This document shows positions 11,640-21,625 of a stretch of DNA of 64,000 bases, piece after piece. The notes beneath the pieces were generated by a model. It saw nothing but the letters and a program-made list of their open reading frames with translations. It ran no database searches and was not told the DNA's origin. Both the position numbers and the translations under genes were made by a program. Source of the DNA: Mytilus edulis (taxonomy: Eukaryota); assembly GCF_963676685.1 (NCBI RefSeq), contig NC_092356.1, positions 3,658,001 through 3,722,000 of the forward strand. The letters are read 5' to 3'. Positions within the stretch are counted from its first letter, which is position 1; each line of letters opens with the position of its first letter.

Positions 11640-12500
11640 ATATCATCTAGAAATTTGCAAACAAAAACTTTGCTTAATTAATTTTTATCTACTTTAAATT
11701 TATTAATTATAAAAGAAATATGGTTTAATTGCTGATGAGACAACTCTTCAAAGAGGTCAAACCACAAGCTTCAATCTCAAATCTTGTCAAGAAAATGAAA
11801 TATTTACACAGGAAAAAAGAAGCTAGCTGAAAAAAAAGTCATGAACAAAACAAGATTCACCATTTACAATGATCCAAAGAAAAGAAAAGAGCATATCTAG
11901 AAATTTGCAAAACAAAAACTTTGCTTAAAACATTTTTATCAACTATTAATTATAAAAGATGGTAATCCACAAGCTTCAATCTCAAATCTTATCAAATGAA
12001 ATATTTACACATGGGAAAAATTAGCTAGCTGCAAAAAAGTCATGAGCAAAACAATTAACTACGATCCAAAGAAAAGAAAAGAAAAAAGTAGCATGTAGGG
12101 GGAAAAATAGAGAGAGAGAGAAAAAGGAGATATGATCCACCATTGAAAATATGATCCAAAGAAAAGATGATCCAAAGAAAAGAAAAAAGTCGCTTATGTT
12201 CTAACGAAGGAAAAAATAGAGAGAGAGAAAAAGGAGATAGGATTCACCATTGAAACTATGATCCAAAGAAAAGAAAAAAGGTGTTTTAACGATGAAAAAA
12301 ATTAGAGCGAGAGAGAGAGAGAAAAAAAAAGGAGATAGTAATGAGATGTAAAAATAATCGTCAAAATCCAACTCGATTTACCATTGAAAATATGATCCAA
12401 AGAAAAGAAAAGAAAATAGGTTTTGTTTTAATGAAGGAAAAATTATATATAGAGAGAAAAAATAGTAATGAGATGTAAAAAATAACCATCAAAATCCGGT
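11640..12500. repeat. Internal direct-repeat region of the Polinton
   Basis: ~250-bp duplication (11644 vs 11895), then purine-rich units containing GATCCAAAGAAAAG at ~11871, 12063, 12153, 12169, 12260 and 12394. Confidence 0.8.
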
Positions 12501-12878
12501 TCGAACAAATCTATAATATATAATTGATCTTAAATAAAAACAATCAAAATTTATTGAGTAATGATCACTTTTCAAATTTGAAAGGTGATAAACACTTTAT
12601 ATTTAAACTGATGAACTAAGATTTAATGTAAACAGAAGGTGTATTATCCAAATACTGCCGCAATATTGGAGATCAATCTGACATGAAAAATCGCGATCGG
12701 GACAGATCTACACTGAAATTACATATGAATTAATAAAATGGTGTAACATGGATAATGGAAGGTTGGCGAGCCTTTAGGAGTAAATAAGTGTTGGAAACTA
12801 TTATTCATAATTTAATGAAACGGAAGCTTTATTCCTTTATTAACGCGGTACACTCAATTCTATCATAAAGCGATAAAA

Positions 12879-13816
12879 ATGATGAACCAGGTTGAGTACA
12901 TGAGGGGATTTGGTGGAGAAGTAGAGCGGGCTGAGTTGAATTTTGGAAGAAAGAAGAACATTGCGGTTACACCGTACAAGGGATATGTTTATATCCACAT
13001 AGGCAGTTTAACAAGTAGCAGAAGCATAACTCTTGGGACTGATGAGTTTAAAGAGCTATGCAATCTGAAGCCAGTTCTTTTAAAAGCTGAGGCAGAAATA
13101 AAAAAACAGGTTAGTGATTTCTAATATTTAGCAGTAAATATTTACATGAACATATAGCTAAATTATTATCGTTCAGCAGCAAATAGTTGAGCGTGATATA
13201 TATTTTATTCTCTAAGAAATAGGAGCGATCTACAAAATTATTTTAAAGTAAGATATTGCGAGTGTTTAATAAAAGCACCAGCTGCAGATGTTTCACCTTA
13301 TATGTTTTTTCGTAAATTTCACTACTGCTAGTAAGTACACATAATTTTCAAAGTTATTGAAAGCGAGTAAAAACTATATGATAAACGTTCTAATTATCCT
13401 TCAACAGCAAATAATTGAACATAAATATATACTTTATAGGTTTAATATACAACAAACGTTTTAGTTAAAAGTAAGTTATTGATAGAGAGTATTTACAAGC
13501 GGCTTGCGTTCAGCTGCAGATATTTCACTTGTTTCTGGGTTGATTTCACCACTGTTAGTATTAATTTTCAAAGTTATTGATAGCAAGTAAAAAATGTTTT
13601 GATAAACGTTCAGTTGCAGATATTTCAACATTTTTGTTTCTAGGTAAATTTCTCAACCGCTAATAAATACGAATTTCTTTCCCACAGCAAACGTTGATTT
13701 ATATGATTTCTTACACGTTCAATTGTTTTTATTATATATTAATTTTTTTTAGCTGCAAAAACCTAGCAGGAAAAAGAAGGTTATAGTTGTTGAAGAGGAA
13801 GAAGAAGAAGAAGAAG

Positions 13817-13848
<32 letters not shown>

Positions 13849-13994
13849 GAAGAAGAAGAAGTAAAAAAAGTTACTTTGAAAAGAAAGGTAAAACAACTTT
13901 TGTTTTTTTTTTTCTATGTAAATCAAAATAAGTAGTTATAATTTTCAAGTTTATGAATTTAAAGTAATTATCCAATTAAATGTACCATAAAAAG

Positions 13995-14027
<33 letters not shown>

Positions 14028-14260
14028 AAACATTGAAATAACTTTAAAATTTTAAGATGATTTTCTATATTATGATATTCTTATTTTAGAGAAAGGTGAT
14101 TGCTATCAGCGATAGCGATGAGGAGGCGGGAGTGTCAGAGTCGGACGTCAGAAAGGTGATTGTTGCAGCAGAATCTGGCCCGTTCAAGGGGCTAAAGAAG
14201 AAAAAGAAAACAGCTGGAGCTGGATTCATACTTTCTGAAGCAGTTGAAGATGGCGAGTGA
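12879..14260 (+). CDS. Spliced PC4/Sub1-like ssDNA-binding protein with acidic tail, ~178 aa (exons 12879-13109, 13753-13887, 14090-14260)
   Basis: Exon 1 FGRKKNIAVTPYKGYVYIHI...SITLGTDEFKEL resembles the PC4 fold. Donors CAG|GTTAGT and AAG|GTAAAA, acceptors TTTTAG, all phase 0. Exon 2 encodes an 18-Glu run; exon 3 has KVIAISDSDEE and KKKKK. Confidence 0.75.
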
Positions 14261-15418
14261 AGATAACACCAGTAAGTGATCAAATTTTTATTCTGTTTCT
14301 AATATGTTCTTATATACAATAGTTAGGATAGAAATCATTTATAACTTAGCAACATTTTTCCAATCAAAGATTGATTTATCAATATGTGAAATACTCGCTT
14401 TAAGATAAAACCATTGCCTTTGATTTAAAGCGATCTCATTTCTAAGAGGATCATTTCTCAATAATACAAACAGTTCACTATTCAATATACATGTATTTAC
14501 AAAAATATCTTCAGATAAAGCAAAAGTGTCCATTTTATTACAAAATAAATCGTTTCCGCTACTGTTTCGTTTAACATCATCAGATATGAATGGAGGATCA
14601 TTTTCACTGTTTAATGGCCCATTTATTAATATAACTGCTAGAGTTATCGAACAGAATAACAATCCGACAATTTTCATCTTTGCACCAAGCCAGTGCAGTT
14701 GTGGAAACTGGTCACTGATTTCAGCTGTATCCATATTGATAAAATTGTAATCATGCTCATCTGTCATTTTAAGTGAATATTCTTCCACATTTGCACTACT
14801 CAATTCATCCTTTTCATTTATTTTAGAAATCTCCATTATGAAATCCAATTTCTTAATACAGGTGTCGCACTTTGTTCATTTGTTTTCATGCATGTATCTG
14901 TAGATTTATGATGTGAAAACTATTTTACTAGAGTTTATGTATCTTATTTATTTCTTTTAGCCAATCAGAACAGAAAAAGGACAATGGGAGAAGAAGTAGA
15001 AAAAAAGACACTGAGTGAAAAACGAAAGCGGTCAGCTCCACCTTCATTAAGAACTTTATCTGTTGCATGTATTTATAATAAATTAACAACAAAATGTGAT
15101 ATTCAAATGAGAGATTTTTTTTGTAAAATTCCCTCACCAATTTTAATTATTTTTATGGATTATGCAGACTTTCAATTTGTTTTAAATCCTGGATTTGCCG
15201 AATTAGATGTGTTTAATGCTGCCGAGGAAATTTTTGATCAAAGATATCAATTAAATAAAATGATAAGGGAATGCAGCCATTTCACATCTGAAGAGATATT
15301 CATTCATTTAAAGAACGTCCCAGGGTCTGTTTTAAATTCACTCGGACTTTCGTTCAATAGGGAGAACTTTTCCGATATTTTAAGGAAAATATTAAACATG
15401 CGATTTTCACGTGTTTAA
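14250..15418 (+). CDS. Spliced BC-box/SOCS-box-like protein, ~159 aa (exons 14250-14271, 14961-15418)
   Basis: AAGATGG start, donor A|GTAAGT at 14272, acceptor TTTCTTTTAG at 14960; the phase-1 join runs into the 144-aa ORF. Contains PPSLRTLSVACI...IPSPILIIF. Confidence 0.65.
14339..14848 (-). CDS. Hydrophobic-anchor protein with C-terminal PC4-like domain
   Basis: 169-aa ORF. MKIVGLLFCSITLAVILING is a signal/TM segment (alternative start 14677); FALSEDIFVNTC...IALNQRQWFYLKASISHIDKSI resembles the PC4 signature. Confidence 0.65.
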   Translation of the reverse strand: MDFIMEISKINEKDELSSANVEEYSLKMTDEHDYNFINMDTAEISDQFPQLHWLGAKMKIVGLLFCSITLAVILINGPLNSENDPPFISDDVKRNSSGNDLFCNKMDTFALSEDIFVNTCILNSELFVLLRNDPLRNEIALNQRQWFYLKASISHIDKSIFDWKNVAKL

Positions 15419-15925
15419 TTTACCAAAGAATATGTCTCATATATTTTAATCTAAAATTTAAGAAATTTATTTGTAATATTTTCATCGTGTTTGAAGGTCT
15501 TTTTCCCCATTGCACAATGTATTTCACTGGTGCGTTTGAAGGTGTAATTCCCCATTTTCATAATTGTGTTTAATTTACCAAAGAATATGTCTCTTATATT
15601 TTAATCTAAAATTTATTTGTAATATTTTCATCGTGTTTGAAGGTGTTATTCCCCATTGTCCAATGTATTTCACTGGTGTGTTTGAAGGTGTTATTCCCCA
15701 TTTGAAGGTGTTATTCCCCATTGACATAATGTTTGAAGGTGTTATTCCCCATTGTTCTAATGTTTGAAGGTGCTATTCCCCATTGTTCTAATGTTCGAAG
15801 GTGTTATTTCACATTGTCCTATGTTTGAAGGTGTTATTCCCCATTGTCCTATTGCCTTAATGTTTGAAGGTGTTATTCCCCATTGTCCTATTGTCATTAT
15901 GTTTGAAGTTTGTTTGAAGGTCCAT
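15411..15925. repeat. 155-bp duplication plus array of TTTGAAGGTGTTATTCCCCATT units
   Basis: 15411 and 15566 are duplicated; about 10 copies of the 22-nt motif with short related spacers, lying between convergent genes. Confidence 0.9.
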
Positions 15926-16184
15926 TTGGGTTTTAAAGTTATGTATTTTCATTGGGGTTTTTAAGTTAAAGTCGCCATTTTACCATGCTACTCCCCATTG
16001 CCCTATGTATTTCACTTCCCCAGGTTGATAGCAAACGGATAAAACTTAAATATGTTGATATATTTTATTATAAAATCATATATTTATTTACATGAAATAA
16101 AATATTATATAATTATTGTACAGTGTGTTTTCTTTTTCTTGAATTTATTACGGATATGGATTTTTTTTTCAATTTACAATTGTA

Positions 16185-19100
16185 TTAATGTTTTTCTTTT
16201 AATTTTCTATGAAAATATGCTAGCGAATGCACATTATCATCCAGCAAGTGTCTCTTGTCATCATATGGTGATAGTCCACTTTTCACAACCTTCACCATGT
16301 GAATCTGATGGTTGAAACTTCTCAAAGTGTACATATGCGAGAGTAGTGGAGAACAATTGAACAAGGTGTTTTTATATTGTTCGAATCTAACATTTCGGGT
16401 TTTAATACCCTTTGCTACTACAGTTTCCTTGTCGTCTGCGGTGATAAAACTATACATTTTTGCTCTTAGTCCGATATATTCCACCATTTGAATGGACTTG
16501 CATTCATCTTTGAATAAACCAATAATCGATTTCCTGTCTTTGGTGTAAAGAGGGTGATCAGCTGGATAATTTGAAAAGTCATATAGCTCACTGTTTAACG
16601 ACATGTCTCTATATATGTCATCAGTTCTCACATGCATAATGAAACTGTCAGTATCTGTGTAACATAATGTTACATTCTCCTTGTATAGTTTTTTCATGTG
16701 GTTGTAGTAGTAATCAACCATGTGCGCCTTTGACAGATCGAGAATCATTTGTCCTAGGTAAATTGGTTTGTTGAAGAAAATTTTTGTTTTGGTTTGTAGC
16801 ACGCCGCACAAGTGGTCGTTGAATATCTTAAAGCTTTTAAATGATGATTTTGCAGTAAGTTTTTGAAACTTATCCCACCTATGACAGAGAGAGAAGTTGA
16901 TATGTTTCCGCAACGATTCCATTGATTTACCGAAAATAGCATTGTTGCCATTTTTAAAAAGTTTTTGCTCGAAATTGCTAGTAGCCTTTTTCCTCATTTC
17001 GGTATTGAAGTCAATATACTGTTTCAACCATGGACGCTGTTCAAATGAAACTATATTGTGAATCTTCTTCAAAACCAAACCTAGTTTGAGGTATAACTTT
17101 AGATTCACATAGTGCAAGATGTAATGCTTTTTATCTTTCAAAGTAGCTAGCAATTTGGTGCTCGGTTGGTATTCTTTCCCATCATCATTTGCTTGCTCAT
17201 ACAGATGACGTGAATGAGGTGAAAGCATTTCATTTGTTATCACTCCTTTTTCAACTGCAAGAGGAAAATCATTGTGAAGATCGTGTAAGTTATCTGGGTA
17301 ATCCAAATCGCATTCAATGACATATCCGATGTCAGCGTTATTGGATACATTTAAGACATTGAAATCGTTTATTTCCTCTTCTGACAACCACTGGAATTTC
17401 CCCACAGCTAATGGCATGCTCATGCTTAAACCGTATAAATTGTTCGCATCTACATACATCAAGTATGAAGTTGGTAAAGCTGGATCATAATTGCTCAAGT
17501 AGGGATTGTTTGCTTTTGCATGTCTGCAGCTCACCATTGTTAAACCTCCTCGTATACTCTGCTCAAAGAAGAGCCACATTGTAGGATCTGTCAATAGCTC
17601 AAGTCTCACACCAGTCATTTTCAATGCAGATTGCCAGGAAAGCCCTGGAAGAGTGTAATAATTTGCAGGGTCGAGGGAATAGTTCGTTATCCACTTCTTC
17701 CTGAAAGTTTCAAATACATCAGCTAATAATAGAACGTCAGTTTTTAGATAAAGATCGTGATATTCGCCTATATTCTTAATATTCATTTGATTCCATACCC
17801 GTTGCGCATGTTCATACTCGGTTTGACTAATTGTTTTCTCTGATAAATTGCTGTAGAATTTGTCTATAGAGGGTAATTCAGTTTCATTGAACCTTGCTGC
17901 ATTGTCAATGTATTCGTAAGGATATGTTCCTTTTTTCAACAAAAGAGCAATCCGCTTATCATCATCAAATTCTTTTGTAAAATGTTTAAATGTTTCTTTC
18001 GGATTCTCCTTAGACATTGACGATACCAATTCCTCTAGTGAACAATTCAAAAACTGGTATGAATCGATAAAGCGCAGATTGGATAGGTTGAAACTGATGT
18101 ACTTTTCTGCATTCGTGGCTATGCAGCCAATTTCTTCACTCTTGAAAATACCTATCGAGGAACAGATTAAATGTGCATCAAACTGTTTCAGGTTATGAAA
18201 TATAACTGGCACGAATGTGTGTTCTTTAAAATTAAGATTGCAATCTCTGCATGAAGCGCCACGAAATTTACCTGAAACATGTGCATGGTCTCGAACGCGG
18301 ATAGTGGAATCTGTAAATTCTTCCATGCAAATGTGGCAATGTGTACTTGATTGAAAATCTTCCTCATCTTCAACAGTCATGCACAAGGGTTCAGGATTGT
18401 TCAAAATAGCCTTTATACGTTTATTTTCGTCAAGAAGACTATGAAGGAAGTGTTCACTAACATTTTCACCTCTATATATTTTAGGTGGTTGAGTGTATCT
18501 GTCATCGATGCAAACAACTTGATAACCGTACCCGCATGGTATCAACTTTGTTAATTTCGTTGTGCTGGTTCGATTATCTTCTGACTCTTCAGTAACCATA
18601 GGTTCGCAAAATGTTTCCATGTCAGCATAAATAACAAATGATGTTTGTAACTGTTTGGCGTGATCTTGAAATGTTAGTATATCGTCTACCCCCTTGGTGG
18701 GATATGTCACATGTTGAGCTTCAAATTTTGAGCAGTATTTTATATGTTTCTCTAAAGTATGTTCACTGGTGAAACCTGATAAACAGAATCTGCAATACTT
18801 ATGACTGCGTCCCAAGCATTTTGTTCGATATAAAAGTCTATTGAGATCTGTAATCAAACACCAGTGACTTTTATTCCCACTTTTCAAATACAATAAGTCA
18901 ACTTCATGATGAGCTTCTCTTAGACCTGTTACATGGAGGGGGAAAAATTCACCCTCTTCAAATCCTAACACCATTACTGAAATGTTATTCTGCCTTTCAA
19001 ATTTACTCACAAATGATGGTGCAACGGGCAATTGTATACCTTCCATGTTCAATTCATGTTCATATGGGATGTAGTGATGCACTTTAGAAGGGTCACCTGA

Positions 19101-19988
19101 ACACGTAGGATGTATGGATGCTATAATAGCATATACAAAACATTTTTCATCTAAGTTTCTTATGTTGAGTAACGCTCTGGTTGCAGCAAGAGTTCTTGGT
19201 AGGGGTATATACGATCCACCGCCTAAAGGTTTATATTTAGCTGTATTAATCTCAATGTGTTTAATATGATCTAATGACCAACCGCTCCCATTTCGTATAT
19301 ACTCATCAAAACTTTTGAATATTTTTTGATATGTCACATTAATATCATGTTCATCATCTATATTTGCTCTATCAACTAGATTCGATGTCTTCGAGATAAA
19401 ATGTGCATTATTCTTTAAATCATTACCACCTTCACCTCCATTCGGCTTGATCATTTGCACAAGACAATTCATATACCACTTAATATGACCGAGTTCATCA
19501 CACATCTCTTGTAAATGAGTTTTTACCTCATGCTTAATTCCAGATAAAAATGCTAGAAGATCATACTTTTCCCCATTATCCTCATTCGGATAAATGAAAC
19601 GAGCTCGTGCTATTCCCAAGAGAGCAGACTTATCCACACTTTTATGTTTGATTGTAGTATGTGAATTTGAATCAGTGTTTCCTGAACCAGTCTGATAAGT
19701 TGTATGATCGATGTTGCTATGTTTAAACAAATTTTCCGCTGAATCAAAATGTCTATCACATTGTCGACATGGAAATGTACAACTGTTTCTCTGGTGTCTC
19801 TTCAGTTTGGAAGGGTGATCAAACAGAAGTTTACAATAATAACATGAATAGACCTTAACCGTAAGATTTGATCTGTTGTCATTATCAACACTCAATCGAT
19901 CATTTAACTCTCGCAACTGCTGTTGATATTGAGGGTTACTGTCAGGATAAAGACGCAATAAATCCTCGCAGAAATGATCATCAGCCAT
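16185..19988 (-). CDS. polB: Protein-primed family B DNA polymerase (Polinton pPolB) with N-terminal C2H2 fingers, vOTU-like region and HNH/EndoVII insertion
   Basis: 1267 aa. Exonuclease motifs IYADMET, FHNLKQFD, YLKTDV; polymerase motifs YVDANNLYG, KNGNNAIFGK, YTDTDS; CHIC...RDHAHVSGKFRGASCRDCN (EndoVII-like); DEKCFVYA...SHWCLI. Confidence 0.97.
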   Translation of the reverse strand: MADDHFCEDLLRLYPDSNPQYQQQLRELNDRLSVDNDNRSNLTVKVYSCYYCKLLFDHPSKLKRHQRNSCTFPCRQCDRHFDSAENLFKHSNIDHTTYQTGSGNTDSNSHTTIKHKSVDKSALLGIARARFIYPNEDNGEKYDLLAFLSGIKHEVKTHLQEMCDELGHIKWYMNCLVQMIKPNGGEGGNDLKNNAHFISKTSNLVDRANIDDEHDINVTYQKIFKSFDEYIRNGSGWSLDHIKHIEINTAKYKPLGGGSYIPLPRTLAATRALLNIRNLDEKCFVYAIIASIHPTCSGDPSKVHHYIPYEHELNMEGIQLPVAPSFVSKFERQNNISVMVLGFEEGEFFPLHVTGLREAHHEVDLLYLKSGNKSHWCLITDLNRLLYRTKCLGRSHKYCRFCLSGFTSEHTLEKHIKYCSKFEAQHVTYPTKGVDDILTFQDHAKQLQTSFVIYADMETFCEPMVTEESEDNRTSTTKLTKLIPCGYGYQVVCIDDRYTQPPKIYRGENVSEHFLHSLLDENKRIKAILNNPEPLCMTVEDEEDFQSSTHCHICMEEFTDSTIRVRDHAHVSGKFRGASCRDCNLNFKEHTFVPVIFHNLKQFDAHLICSSIGIFKSEEIGCIATNAEKYISFNLSNLRFIDSYQFLNCSLEELVSSMSKENPKETFKHFTKEFDDDKRIALLLKKGTYPYEYIDNAARFNETELPSIDKFYSNLSEKTISQTEYEHAQRVWNQMNIKNIGEYHDLYLKTDVLLLADVFETFRKKWITNYSLDPANYYTLPGLSWQSALKMTGVRLELLTDPTMWLFFEQSIRGGLTMVSCRHAKANNPYLSNYDPALPTSYLMYVDANNLYGLSMSMPLAVGKFQWLSEEEINDFNVLNVSNNADIGYVIECDLDYPDNLHDLHNDFPLAVEKGVITNEMLSPHSRHLYEQANDDGKEYQPSTKLLATLKDKKHYILHYVNLKLYLKLGLVLKKIHNIVSFEQRPWLKQYIDFNTEMRKKATSNFEQKLFKNGNNAIFGKSMESLRKHINFSLCHRWDKFQKLTAKSSFKSFKIFNDHLCGVLQTKTKIFFNKPIYLGQMILDLSKAHMVDYYYNHMKKLYKENVTLCYTDTDSFIMHVRTDDIYRDMSLNSELYDFSNYPADHPLYTKDRKSIIGLFKDECKSIQMVEYIGLRAKMYSFITADDKETVVAKGIKTRNVRFEQYKNTLFNCSPLLSHMYTLRSFNHQIHMVKVVKSGLSPYDDKRHLLDDNVHSLAYFHRKLKEKH

Positions 19989-20228
19989 GACAATTGTGAT
20001 ATCAATAGCACTTTCAACGTTTTATATATACTACGCGATCGTGGACTAGAACTAATAGGCGAACATATGTTATCTAAATATTTATTTTATTAATTAAATT
20101 TAAAGGTACACAGTGTAAATATACAAATAGACAATATATTATATACATATATAAATATAGACAAATTTAAAGAAAAATACAAGTGATTGATTGAAGTCTC
20201 CAATAGTTTTAAATAATCCACTTCTTCA

Positions 20229-20624
20229 TTACAAATGAAATGATAACCATTTACTCTTTAATCTTTTGCGATTTTGCGATTTTTCCACATTTCTTAAGAA
20301 TTTTTCAGGAGACATCTTGATAGCTTTACCCTCTGCTGCACCATCATATTCATCAACATCCATCCTATTTTCCTCTTGATTGTCTGATTTTGATCGATCT
20401 ACAGTTTCTTTTAAATTTTTCAATTCTGTTTTTTGCAAAACCTGACCACTACCATGTTGTTTGGTTACATCTTCTTCTAGGTTTATTTCTGTTTTTATAC
20501 TGTCACTATCTTTACCATCATATTCCTTTTCTTTTTCTTTCACATTAACAATTTCACATTGGTTGGACATATTCATCAATCTTTCATATTTCTCCTTGGG
20601 TAATAGTATTAACTCCCGAGTCAT
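20229..20624 (-). CDS. Polinton small hypothetical protein (131 aa)
   Basis: Co-oriented and overlapping with the core module; N-terminal LILLPKEKYERL, internal QHGSG, C-terminal KWLSF. Confidence 0.75.
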   Translation of the reverse strand: MTRELILLPKEKYERLMNMSNQCEIVNVKEKEKEYDGKDSDSIKTEINLEEDVTKQHGSGQVLQKTELKNLKETVDRSKSDNQEENRMDVDEYDGAAEGKAIKMSPEKFLRNVEKSQNRKRLKSKWLSFHL

Positions 20625-20925
20625 AGTATTTGAAAAAAGATGATATCAATGTTGGAATAATAACAATTATCTTCAGTAAACGTTTTCTCCTCAACTGAGG
20701 TGTTATATTATTAACTACCACAGCACGAATGAACTTTGCAAAAGTTGAAAGATTCCTTTTAACCCTCTCAGACAATGGTATGACGCTTTTTAGACAGTTG
20801 AATACTATTTCTACTAATAGTTGTAATTGTCTGTGGTCCGTGCTTTTTATGATTTGAGCAGATTGTTCAGGTGTAGTGTTCGCCAATAATTTAAGGAAGC
20901 TTCTACTTGATTCTTTTAAAATCAT
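20584..20925 (-). CDS. Polinton small basic helical protein (113 aa)
   Basis: FLKLLANTTPEQ...LVEIVFNCLKSVIPL pattern resembles small ORFs next to Polinton ATPases; 4-nt overlap with the ATPase stop. Confidence 0.75.
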   Translation of the reverse strand: MILKESSRSFLKLLANTTPEQSAQIIKSTDHRQLQLLVEIVFNCLKSVIPLSERVKRNLSTFAKFIRAVVVNNITPQLRRKRLLKIIVIIPTLISSFFKYYDSGVNTITQGEI

Positions 20926-21572
20926 TTTGGTTGATAAACAATCGTGTCCTCCCCCGGAAAAGGATTTGCGCGCAACTGATATTCAGGGTTTGAACCTGGT
21001 GCTATATCCACTATCAAGCAATTGTATGGTCTGCTAATTGCACGTTGGTAAACGTCCATGAAAAAGCGAACTTGACCTGGAAACATTTGTCGAGCTAAAG
21101 ATTGTATTTGCAGTGAATCTCTACCATTTTTGAAAAGAAAAAAGACGTGAGAATTCAAACTGATTGATCGCATAACCTTCCCCTTCTGATATAAATTTTG
21201 TAGTATAAAAATAATTGATGTTAAGGTGTGATGACTTAAAACGCAATAAATCTTCTGCATCAGTTTACAGTCCACTACTTCATCCATTTTATCATCAATG
21301 ATCCATAATGTGTGTATATCCTTATCAACAAGAAAATCACTTTCATCAGGCAGTTCCAGTTGAAATGAAATGTTGGAGACAGTTTTTTTCAATTCATCGA
21401 AGACATCTTGCCATATGCTGTAACAGTAGTATATCTTCTGAGGTGGTATTGTAAACATTTCCTGAGCGTTCTCTAATAATCTTTTAATGTATGTAGTTTT
21501 TCCTGAACCCGTTGGACCGACACATATTGAAGTCATGGGTGTTTGAAATTTCACCAAACTCATGATGATCAC
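20922..21572 (-). CDS. DNA-packaging ATPase (FtsK/A32-like)
   Basis: Walker A GPTGSGKT, Walker B LWIIDD, SHH...IFILQN, RSISLNSH. Confidence 0.95.
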   Translation of the reverse strand: MIIMSLVKFQTPMTSICVGPTGSGKTTYIKRLLENAQEMFTIPPQKIYYCYSIWQDVFDELKKTVSNISFQLELPDESDFLVDKDIHTLWIIDDKMDEVVDCKLMQKIYCVLSHHTLTSIIFILQNLYQKGKVMRSISLNSHVFFLFKNGRDSLQIQSLARQMFPGQVRFFMDVYQRAISRPYNCLIVDIAPGSNPEYQLRANPFPGEDTIVYQPK

Positions 21573-21625
21573 CTCTTGCTCGAATGATGATTGTTACCAT
21601 GTGTCTCATCATTTTAAACACTTTT

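Noticed and set aside
13732-13926. Minus-strand poly-Phe ORF
   Set aside because: Antisense of the GAA tract, which is better explained as the poly-Glu exon on the plus strand.
15630-15925. CRISPR-like repeat-spacer appearance
   Set aside because: Spacers are very short and similar to each other, the context is eukaryotic and there are no cas genes; it is a minisatellite.
15564-15964. ORFs with FEGVIPH repeats
   Set aside because: They are translations of the tandem repeat with non-ATG starts; no independent coding evidence.
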